This document shows positions 38,266 through 48,138 of a DNA stretch of 64,000 nt, one piece after another. The translations under genes were made by a program, and so were the position numbers. The notes under the pieces were generated by a model. The model saw only the letters and a list, made by a program, of their open reading frames with translations, was not told where the DNA came from and ran no database searches. Within the stretch, counting starts at the first letter, position 1. Every line of letters begins with the position of its first letter. The DNA is from Planctomycetota bacterium (GTDB taxonomy: Bacteria > Planctomycetota > UBA1135 > UBA2386), in NCBI GenBank assembly GCA_965223545.1, contig OZ245006.1:1184001-1248000 (forward strand), in the 5' to 3' direction.

Positions 38266-40221
38266 ATGATCGGAATCGCCAAGATCCCCCCGCTGTCGTG
38301 CGCAGCCATTGCTTTCCTCGCCGCCCCCCCGTCGATACCGACCGAGATCGACTGGTACCACGGCAGCTTCGACAGTGCCGTGACCCGGGCGCAAGACGAA
38401 GACAAGGACCTCCTGCTCTACTTCTGGTCGGAGCGCAGCGACGCATGCGCCGGCTTCTACCAGGGTCCGCTGCAGGATGCGCGCGTGGCCGCCGCGACGC
38501 GGCCGTTCTTGTGCGTGGGCGTGCAGCTCGAGCCCGAGTCCGGAAAGGCGCTCTTCAACCGATACGCGATCACCACGACGCCGGCTCTTCTGCTGGTCGA
38601 CCCCGCCGACCAGCGCGCGCAAGGTGGAGTCTTCGGCTCCGCCAACGTGCCGACCGTTGTCCGCGAGCTACGGCGCATGGCGGACGACGAGGGAACGCTG
38701 CGCGCCCTCGAACGCGCCACGGCAGCAGACCCCGGCGACCTCGACGTGCGCAGCCGCCTCGCCGACTGCGTCGCCGCCTTGGGTCAAGCCGAGAAGGCAC
38801 GTCATCTGCGGGAGAGCATCACGGCCGACGACCCTGATGGGTCGAGCGACGCGGCCGCATCGATGCTTCTCGAGCAACACATGCGGCGGACGTTCGGTTC
38901 ACTGGCGGAGCTGAGCGCGGATCCGATCCGCGACTTGGTCGAGCACGTCCAGGCGATCAAGCCCCCGGCGACGCGGCAGCGGGGCTGGGACCACGTCGCT
39001 CGCCTGCGCAATGCGATCGGCGACCGGGTCGGAGAGATGGCCGCGTGGCGGCAGGCTTTCCCCTTGGTGCGTGATGGCCGCCTGTTCAACTGGGGTTGGA
39101 ACCAGTGCCTGTGGTGGTGGTCCAACCGCGACGTCCTCACCAAGAAGGACAAGGCGTTCGCCCTCGAAGTCGCGCGCAAGACGGCCGAAGTCTCCGAGCG
39201 ACTCAGCGCCGAAGATCCGGAGTACTACGACCCCCGCCTGTTTCTCACGCGACGCCTCAACGTCCTCGCCATGACCCAGCACATGAATGGGCATCCAGGC
39301 GAGGCGATGCGCGTCATGGAGCGCTGCGTTCGACTCGCACCGGACAACGACGAATATTCTGCCCGGCTCGCGGCGTATCGAGCAGGCGCCGCCGACGAGT
39401 GCTTTCAACCGTACTCCGACTACGATCCCGCGTGGTCACCCGATGGCCGCAAGATCCTGTTCACCTCGACGCGCGACTACAACGCGGAGCTCTACGTCGC
39501 CGACGTGAAGACCGGGGCACAGCGGCGGATCACCCGGTCGTTGGCCGCGGACGACCAGGGAGTCTTCAGACCAACCGGCCGATTCCTGGCATTTCGCTCC
39601 GATCGCTTCCTGACGACTGGCATCTACCGCGCCAAGCTCGACGGCTCTGGCTGCAGCTTGTTGGTATCACTGCGCACCGCCGATGGACAAGTCGTGCCAG
39701 CCGGCATGCCGTCCTACTCGCGAGACGGTCGGCAGCTGGCGATGATCGCGATGTTCGACGGCAGATCTCGAGCAGCGCTCGCCAACGCGGCCGGAGGCTT
39801 GGCAACGCCGATTCTCGGTGCCACGCAAGCCGTCGCCACGGTCACGTGGGCCGACTCACGCTTGCTCTATTCCGCGTCACAGAACCAGCAACAAGATCTC
39901 TTCATCGCCGATGCCTCCGGGGCCGCAGCCCACAACCTTACCCCCGCAGACGATGAGTCCTGGGACGCGGAGGCCTCCGCCGACCGCCGCGGAAAGCGCG
40001 TCGTGTTCGCCCGCTGGCGCGACGGCGACTACGACCTCTGGAGCGTGCTGGTGGACGGATCGCAACTGACCCAGATCACCAGCGGCCCGGCCCGTGACCG
40101 TCGCCCCGCGCTGTCGCCCGACGGCAAGCACGTCGCGTTTGATCGGACCGACGCCTCGGGCAACAGCAGGATCTGGGTGATGCGCGTGGATGGCACCGAG
40201 TCCCGCCCCCTGCTCGATTGA
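38266..40221 (+). CDS. Thioredoxin-like (SxxC) + TPR + TolB/PD40 beta-propeller protein
   Basis: LLLYFWSERSDAC..., YAITTTP.LLLVDP; PAWSPDGRKILFTS and PALSPDGKHVAF repeats. Confidence 0.82.
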   Translation: MIGIAKIPPLSCAAIAFLAAPPSIPTEIDWYHGSFDSAVTRAQDEDKDLLLYFWSERSDACAGFYQGPLQDARVAAATRPFLCVGVQLEPESGKALFNRYAITTTPALLLVDPADQRAQGGVFGSANVPTVVRELRRMADDEGTLRALERATAADPGDLDVRSRLADCVAALGQAEKARHLRESITADDPDGSSDAAASMLLEQHMRRTFGSLAELSADPIRDLVEHVQAIKPPATRQRGWDHVARLRNAIGDRVGEMAAWRQAFPLVRDGRLFNWGWNQCLWWWSNRDVLTKKDKAFALEVARKTAEVSERLSAEDPEYYDPRLFLTRRLNVLAMTQHMNGHPGEAMRVMERCVRLAPDNDEYSARLAAYRAGAADECFQPYSDYDPAWSPDGRKILFTSTRDYNAELYVADVKTGAQRRITRSLAADDQGVFRPTGRFLAFRSDRFLTTGIYRAKLDGSGCSLLVSLRTADGQVVPAGMPSYSRDGRQLAMIAMFDGRSRAALANAAGGLATPILGATQAVATVTWADSRLLYSASQNQQQDLFIADASGAAAHNLTPADDESWDAEASADRRGKRVVFARWRDGDYDLWSVLVDGSQLTQITSGPARDRRPALSPDGKHVAFDRTDASGNSRIWVMRVDGTESRPLLD

Positions 40222-40262
40222 AGCCGGCGGTCGCCTACTCGACCGACTCCGCCGTGGAGACT

Positions 40263-42494
40263 TCACCGCGACTGCTCGAGGCCACCGGCGAGGCGAACAC
40301 AATGCAGCGCGCCGAGTCCCAGGGCGATCTCCCGCTTCGCCACCAACGCCCCTTCGCGATACACGACCACTCGGCGCGCCCGCGCACTGACTCTCACGGT
40401 TTCCGAACGGCCGGCGTGCAAGCGGCCTCGCGTCGAAACTTCCCACTGCAAGCCTCGGAAATGGTGCAACGGCAACGGGCACCCATCCTCGGCGAGGATC
40501 GCGAAGCACTCCCCTCCGCGGGGCGCCACCAACTCGATCCGCAGGCGGACCGCGCGCTGCACGACGACGGTCAACGCTCGATCGGCAGAGAGGTCCCGGC
40601 GCAGCGGCAGCACGCCAACGCCGCGGACCTCGAGCACCGGCTGCACACGCGGAACGTCGCGCAACCTGAACGACCCGTCCCGACCGGTCGTGATGCTCGT
40701 GCGCCAACGCGTCGACGCCGCATCGCCGAAGGAAGCAGAGATGTCCGTCCCAACGCGCACTTCAGCCGCAGCGACCGCCCGACCCAGGTCGTCGACCACT
40801 CGCCCGTGCATTTCGCCCAGAACCTCGGTCGGGTCGAGGACCACGGTGAGCACATCTCCGCTGGTCCGCGGCAGCGGCACATTCACCCTCGTCAACGACT
40901 TCGGTTCGATCACCGCGAGCTCACCGGTCGCTGGCGCGAGCTCGCAGATCTCGAACCACCCCCCTGCGGCTGTGATCGCGTCGGCGGACTGCCGAGCGCC
41001 ATCGCGGCGACTCGCAGCACCGACACCCCACACCTCGACTCCCGCCAACCCGCGTCCATCGGGGTCGCAGACCCGACCACGAACTGTTCGTGCCGCGGGG
41101 GGTTTTGGCCCGGGCTCGCCGGCCGCACTCCCCACCAGTGTCACCGGCAGCCGAGGACCGATGGCCTCGACCGCGAACGCCCGCTCGATGAAGCCGGCCT
41201 TCCGAACGCGCACTACCGCACCGGGCACAACCGGAAGCGTCAGCCCGAAACAGCCATCTGCGTCGGCGTCGACGGCTGTGCCCACGGTGCTGGCGGCGTC
41301 CAGTGCGACGGCCAGCCGAGCGCGGAAGTCCGCAGGCAACACGACACGGCATCGGGCGCCGGCAACCGGTTGCCCGCTCGTGTCGAGCACGCGCCCGACG
41401 ACGGCGCGCGGGCGCGCAACCACGACGTTGACTTCACAGGGCCCTTGCGCGGCCGTCTCCCCCGCCAGCACGGTGACCCAAGACTCGGACACAACATCGA
41501 TGCGACCGCCCGGCCAGTATCGGTGAAAGGAGAACCGCCCGTGGGCATCGCTGATGCTCACCAGTTCGCCGTTGGCCCGCGCGGGGGCGTGGGGTCGAAG
41601 CCGTACCACAGCAGCTGCGACCGGCAGGCCGGTGTCTGCCAGCACTCGACCGCGCAGCACGACACCCGGCTCGAGAGTGGCCGCGGAGTTGATGGCGGTG
41701 GGCACGGCGACGGCGGAGGCCTGCGCCCGCGGCTCGAGGGGCGCGGTCGCCGCGCGCGGAGTGGCGCCAGCCCGGTCTTTGCCGGCGGACAGCGCCGCGA
41801 TCGAAACCGCACTCGTCGGCAGCGGGGGCAACGGTCCCGTCCCGCAGCTCCGCCACGCACCGGCCGGCAGCGCGAGGACGAGACCGGCGGCCAGCGCCCA
41901 GCGCGCAAACGCCATCCTACGCCCCATGGGTCGACCGACACACAGCGCGACGAGGGCGGGAAACCAACCGCGACCGTCGTCCCTGGTCCGGCGTCGCAGC
42001 TGTTCGCGAATCGCCGCCTGCGCGCGCGCCAACCTGGTCTTCACCGTCGATACCGGCACACCGAGACGGGCGGCGATCTCCGCAGGCTTGCAGTCGTCGT
42101 AGAACCGCAGCAGAACGACATCTCGGTAGTGGGGAGCGAGCCCATCCACCACGTCGGCCAGCAGCGCCTGGGTCTCCTTGTGCTCGATCGTGTCGAGCGC
42201 GGAAGGCAGACCCTCGGGTTGCGCGCAGGCGCGCTCCCGCCGCTGACGGCGGCAGCGCCGGCGCTGCTCCAGCGCCGCCAGGTTCTTCACCACCCGAGCG
42301 AAGAAGCGGCGCGGCGCACGCGGCGGTCCACCGCCTGCCAAGGCCGCGAGCATCGATTCCTGCACGAGATCGTCGGCTTCGTGGCCATCGCTCACCAACT
42401 TGCGAGCCAGCGAGCGGGCCCAGGTGGCGTCACGCACCCACTCGCTCGAGGGCGGTGTCGCATCGCGGTCACGATCCGATGGACAGTCCATCAC
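40263..42494 (-). CDS. ECF sigma factor fused via a TM helix to carboxypeptidase-regulatory-like repeats
   Basis: ADDLVQES, YRDVVLLRFY...AEIAARLGVPVSTVKTRLARA; TM WALAAGLVLALPAGAW; VGRVLDTSGQPVAGA-type repeats. Confidence 0.88.
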   Translation of the reverse strand: MMDCPSDRDRDATPPSSEWVRDATWARSLARKLVSDGHEADDLVQESMLAALAGGGPPRAPRRFFARVVKNLAALEQRRRCRRQRRERACAQPEGLPSALDTIEHKETQALLADVVDGLAPHYRDVVLLRFYDDCKPAEIAARLGVPVSTVKTRLARAQAAIREQLRRRTRDDGRGWFPALVALCVGRPMGRRMAFARWALAAGLVLALPAGAWRSCGTGPLPPLPTSAVSIAALSAGKDRAGATPRAATAPLEPRAQASAVAVPTAINSAATLEPGVVLRGRVLADTGLPVAAAVVRLRPHAPARANGELVSISDAHGRFSFHRYWPGGRIDVVSESWVTVLAGETAAQGPCEVNVVVARPRAVVGRVLDTSGQPVAGARCRVVLPADFRARLAVALDAASTVGTAVDADADGCFGLTLPVVPGAVVRVRKAGFIERAFAVEAIGPRLPVTLVGSAAGEPGPKPPAARTVRGRVCDPDGRGLAGVEVWGVGAASRRDGARQSADAITAAGGWFEICELAPATGELAVIEPKSLTRVNVPLPRTSGDVLTVVLDPTEVLGEMHGRVVDDLGRAVAAAEVRVGTDISASFGDAASTRWRTSITTGRDGSFRLRDVPRVQPVLEVRGVGVLPLRRDLSADRALTVVVQRAVRLRIELVAPRGGECFAILAEDGCPLPLHHFRGLQWEVSTRGRLHAGRSETVRVSARARRVVVYREGALVAKREIALGLGALHCVRLAGGLEQSR

Positions 42495-42641
42495 ATCCCA
42501 CGAAGTTGCCGCAACCAGTGAAACGGACTCACCGAACTCGAGCTTGTGACTCCGGCTGCGTCCCCAGGGCCGAGGAATCCCCTGCGTTGCGGGCCCGGTC
42601 CACGGCGCACTCTCCGAGACGCTATCCTTCGCTGCGCTTTC

Positions 42642-43781
42642 ATGAGAACCCTCCGCATGCTAATCCATCGCACTCGCTTGCCGACCATTGCCGCGGTCTG
42701 CGCCGCCGCGACACCACTGGTGGCGCAGCGCGACTCCACCGCGATCGAGTGGGAATCGTCGCTCGCATCGGCCCTGCGCGCGGCCGCCAAAGACTCCCGC
42801 AAGATTGCGATCTACTTCTGGATCGGCGACAGCGACTACTGCCGGCGCATGTGGGAAGAGACCCTTGGTCGTGACCGGGCGGTGGCCGAGCTGTCACAGT
42901 TCGTCTGCCTCAGCACGCGCGCCGATCAGGAGCACGCCGCGGCTTTGATGCAGCGTTTCGCCGTGACCAAGCTGCCCACGATGCTCTTTGCTGCTTCGGA
43001 TGGGCAAGCGGAGGATGCGATTCGCGGCTTCATCGACCTCGATGCCTTCGTCGCCGAATGTCGTCGCATTCGAACCGGCGACAAGACCGTCAGCGACTGG
43101 CGCCGCCGGTGCCACGCTGCCCCCGATGACCTCGATGCGCGGCTGCAGCTCGCGCTACAGCTGCGGCACGTCGGCGAGCGCGACGAAAGCGCACACCTCA
43201 TCGCATCGATCAAGCGCGCCGACCCCAAGGGCGCTTCCGTGGCGGGCGCCCAACTGCGACTCTACGACGTGTTCGACGAAGTGCGCGCCAGCGCGGCGGA
43301 CGCCAGCGACCCCAGCACCTATGACTTGACCCCGCTGTACGCGCACCTACCGGTGGTGCGACCTCGCGCGGTCCTGCACGAAGCCTGGCGGTGGATTGCC
43401 GATGTCGAGCACCAGCGTGGCGATCGCCCACACGAGCGAACGGCACTGGCGGAGACCTGGCGGCATGCGACCGAGGGCAAGCCACGCGCCGACGCGAGCG
43501 CCACGCTTCTGCAGCGCTACACGGACATGGGCGACGAGCTCAACGAGGCCGAACGCGCACTCGCGTTGGAGGTCGCCCATTGGTTGCGCGATGCAGCCCG
43601 CGCCCACCCCGAGGCTCCCGCGAACTACGTGCACCACGCGCACGCGATGGCGCTGTTCCTCAACCACCGGCTCGACCAAGCCATCGACCAGCTGCAAAAC
43701 GCGATCGAGCTCGCGCCCGATGAGGCCGACCACCGGCAACTCCTCGAACGCGTGCGCCAAGCGCAACGCGCTCGTCGTTGA
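42642..43781 (+). CDS. Secreted thioredoxin-like (SxxC) + TPR protein
   Basis: IAIYFWIGDSDYC, FAVTKLPTMLF, GFID; paralogous to the N-terminal half of 38266..40221; start uncertain (42642 or 42657). Confidence 0.8.
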   Translation: MRTLRMLIHRTRLPTIAAVCAAATPLVAQRDSTAIEWESSLASALRAAAKDSRKIAIYFWIGDSDYCRRMWEETLGRDRAVAELSQFVCLSTRADQEHAAALMQRFAVTKLPTMLFAASDGQAEDAIRGFIDLDAFVAECRRIRTGDKTVSDWRRRCHAAPDDLDARLQLALQLRHVGERDESAHLIASIKRADPKGASVAGAQLRLYDVFDEVRASAADASDPSTYDLTPLYAHLPVVRPRAVLHEAWRWIADVEHQRGDRPHERTALAETWRHATEGKPRADASATLLQRYTDMGDELNEAERALALEVAHWLRDAARAHPEAPANYVHHAHAMALFLNHRLDQAIDQLQNAIELAPDEADHRQLLERVRQAQRARR

Positions 43782-43898
43782 GCCGGGGTCCGTTCCTGGA
43801 GTTGCTCCCGCCGACCGCGGCAGATCACCGCGGGGAACGTCGCCCGAGGGCCGGCCGGCGCGCCGCAACGCGTCGCGAGCGGCGCTAACTTTGACGCC

Positions 43899-44645
43899 AT
43901 GAAGTACTCCCTCCTGCCCGCGATCGCGCTGTGTGTGACCCCAGCGACCGCCCAACTCCAGTCGGTCGTCGGCCCGGTCATCGCGCCGCTCGGGTGCTCC
44001 GTCCGGATCTCGTTTTCCAACGACACCGCACAGAGCTGGAGCCACGGCGTCTGCCCGTACGTCGTGCGCGACGCCGCTGGCCAGCAGATCGCGCCGGGCG
44101 CCTGCACGTTGCAGCTGGCGATCACCGCACCCGGTGGCACGTTCTCGACGAGCTGGCCACAGATCGATGCGCAGGGCAACCAGGTGTTGCCCGGCTCGTA
44201 CGTGGTCGAAGTGATGCTGCCCGATGGCACCAGCCACCAGCATCCAATCACGATCTCGCCGTCGACGACCCCCGCGGTCGCCCCGATCGGCGTGGCGCGC
44301 ACCGGCACGACGCGCAACTACGGGTTGTGCGCACCGTCCCAACCCAACGGCGCCTACCTCATGCTGGCGTCGCTGACCGCGAACCAGGGTTTCGCCACCT
44401 GCAGCGGTCGGTTTCCGCTGGACGCGGACCCCCTTCTGTTCCACTCGGCCACCGGCCAGGCGCCGTTCGTCGGTTTCGCCGGTCCGCTCGACGCCCGCGG
44501 CGAGACCACGGCGCCCGCGCTCGCGCTGCCGCAACTGCCAGCGCTGGTCGGCCTGCCACTGCACTTCGCCTTTGCCGCGGTCGATCCGAGCCAACCGTGC
44601 CCGGTGGCGGCGATCTCCACCGCGCAGCGCATCGTCATCGGTTGA
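43899..44645 (+). CDS. Small secreted protein: FlgD/Ig-like N-domain plus C-terminal beta domain
   Basis: Signal MKYSLLPAIALCVTPATAQ; W.Q.D.QG.QV.PG.Y motif; C-terminal domain shared with other proteins in the window. Confidence 0.75.
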   Translation: MKYSLLPAIALCVTPATAQLQSVVGPVIAPLGCSVRISFSNDTAQSWSHGVCPYVVRDAAGQQIAPGACTLQLAITAPGGTFSTSWPQIDAQGNQVLPGSYVVEVMLPDGTSHQHPITISPSTTPAVAPIGVARTGTTRNYGLCAPSQPNGAYLMLASLTANQGFATCSGRFPLDADPLLFHSATGQAPFVGFAGPLDARGETTAPALALPQLPALVGLPLHFAFAAVDPSQPCPVAAISTAQRIVIG

Positions 44646-44666
44646 TGCGCCCGCGCGGCGGCGCCG

Positions 44667-46679
<2,013 letters not shown>

Positions 46680-46694
46680 GCGCGCCGCGCGCGC

Positions 46695-47426
46695 TCACTC
46701 CGCGAACAGGCGCCGGGACAAGTTCCCGTAGTTGCGGTAGGGCACGAGGTCTGGCATCCCGTTGGCATAGCGCCACACCAGATCGCGCACGCTCGTGCGC
46801 GGCACCGCAATCAACGAGCTCGACACGGTGCCGTAGTCGGCGCCGCGCTTGAGCACCGGGTGACGATCGCCGCCGCCCGGATCGACCAGCACTGGCGCGA
46901 GCGCATCCAGGCGCTGGATCGGCGTGAGGCCGGGCGCCCGCGCGGCATCGGTCGCGGCGAACGACAGGATGTCGGGTCCGTGCTCGTTGGTGACCACCAC
47001 CGTTTGGGCCGACAGCTCTGCGACCTGCAGGTCGCCGCCATCGCTGGCCACGCGCCAGCACGAGCCCGCGTCGGCCACCAGCAGCTGGAACGGATTGGAG
47101 GGAGCGCGACCCGCCTCCGCCGCGGCGGCGCGGGCGCCGCTCTCCGCGTCATCGGCGTCGAGTGCGGCGTGCGGCAGGCGGCCGCGCGATGGCGCATCGG
47201 GGCGCAGAGGGCCTAAGGCGTTGGTCAAACCGGCGACGACCCCGCGGTCGTTGACGCCCAACCAAGTGCCGCCGGCGCGGCGATCGCGCGGTGCCAGCGC
47301 ACGGCGCCGGGCGCCGACCCAAAGGCCGGGGGGCGCCGCGCGCCGCTCGCGCTGCTCGTCCCGGTTGTTGGCGATCAGCAGCGACAGCGATGGATCGACA
47401 TCCCGCAGCAGAATCAACAGGCACAT
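46695..47426 (-). CDS. NRDE/TANGO2-family protein
   Basis: Starts MCLL; ANNRDE, GGTWLGVN, SRG, YGTVSS. Confidence 0.92.
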   Translation of the reverse strand: MCLLILLRDVDPSLSLLIANNRDEQRERRAAPPGLWVGARRRALAPRDRRAGGTWLGVNDRGVVAGLTNALGPLRPDAPSRGRLPHAALDADDAESGARAAAAEAGRAPSNPFQLLVADAGSCWRVASDGGDLQVAELSAQTVVVTNEHGPDILSFAATDAARAPGLTPIQRLDALAPVLVDPGGGDRHPVLKRGADYGTVSSSLIAVPRTSVRDLVWRYANGMPDLVPYRNYGNLSRRLFAE

Positions 47427-47496
47427 CCGCGGGGCAGCGTGGCGCGCCGGCGCGCGGAGCACAAGAAGGAACACCGCGGCGCTTTGGCGGCGTAGC

Positions 47497-47982
47497 ATGG
47501 CGAGGACCGTGTCCACCGACCTGGAGCTCCGCACCGAGGCGCGCGACCCGGAAGATCGCGCGGTACAGCGCTGCATGCAGGCCTACCTCGACGAGCTGGC
47601 GGCGGCGCTGCCCGGCGGCTTCGATCCGAAGCGATCGGTGAGTGCCGACCCGGACGAGCTGCGGCCACCGGACGGCGGGGTGCTCGTCCTGATGTCCGGC
47701 GAGGCGACAATGGGGTGCGGCGCGTTCAAGCGGCTCGAACCCGGCGTCGCCGAGATCAAGCGCATGTGGTTGGCGCCCCGCGCCCGCGGCCAAGGCCTGG
47801 GGCGCGTGCTGTTGGCGGCACTCGAGAGCGCGTGCCGCGCCGCCGGGCACCGGATCGTCCGCCTCGACACCAACGCGCATCTCGAAGCTGCCATCGGGCT
47901 CTATCGGAGCAGTGGCTATCGCGAACGATCGGCCTACAACGACAACCCCTACGCCGCGCTGTGGTTCGAGAAGGTGCTGTGA
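47497..47982 (+). CDS. GNAT-family acetyltransferase
   Basis: AEIKRMW...ARGQGLGR, VRLDTN..L.AAI.LY, YNDNPYA..WFEK. Confidence 0.9.
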   Translation: MARTVSTDLELRTEARDPEDRAVQRCMQAYLDELAAALPGGFDPKRSVSADPDELRPPDGGVLVLMSGEATMGCGAFKRLEPGVAEIKRMWLAPRARGQGLGRVLLAALESACRAAGHRIVRLDTNAHLEAAIGLYRSSGYRERSAYNDNPYAALWFEKVL

Positions 47983-48024
47983 ACGTGGTCTGCACGCGCA
48001 TTGCGATCGAGAAGAGGAGAAGCG

Positions 48025-48053
48025 TGGCGAGAAAATCGAGTCTGACACCGTAC
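48025..48053 (+). repeat. 29-bp dispersed intergenic repeat, copy 2
   Basis: TGGCGAGAAAATCGAGTCTGACACCGTAC; 27/29 identical to 27956-27984. Confidence 0.85.
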
Positions 48054-48138
48054 GTATCGTGCGCAGGCCATCGCGACGACACCCGCCGCGACCCACGGCC
48101 TGCGGCTGGCGTTGGCCCCGTGACGCTGTGGCCCGACG

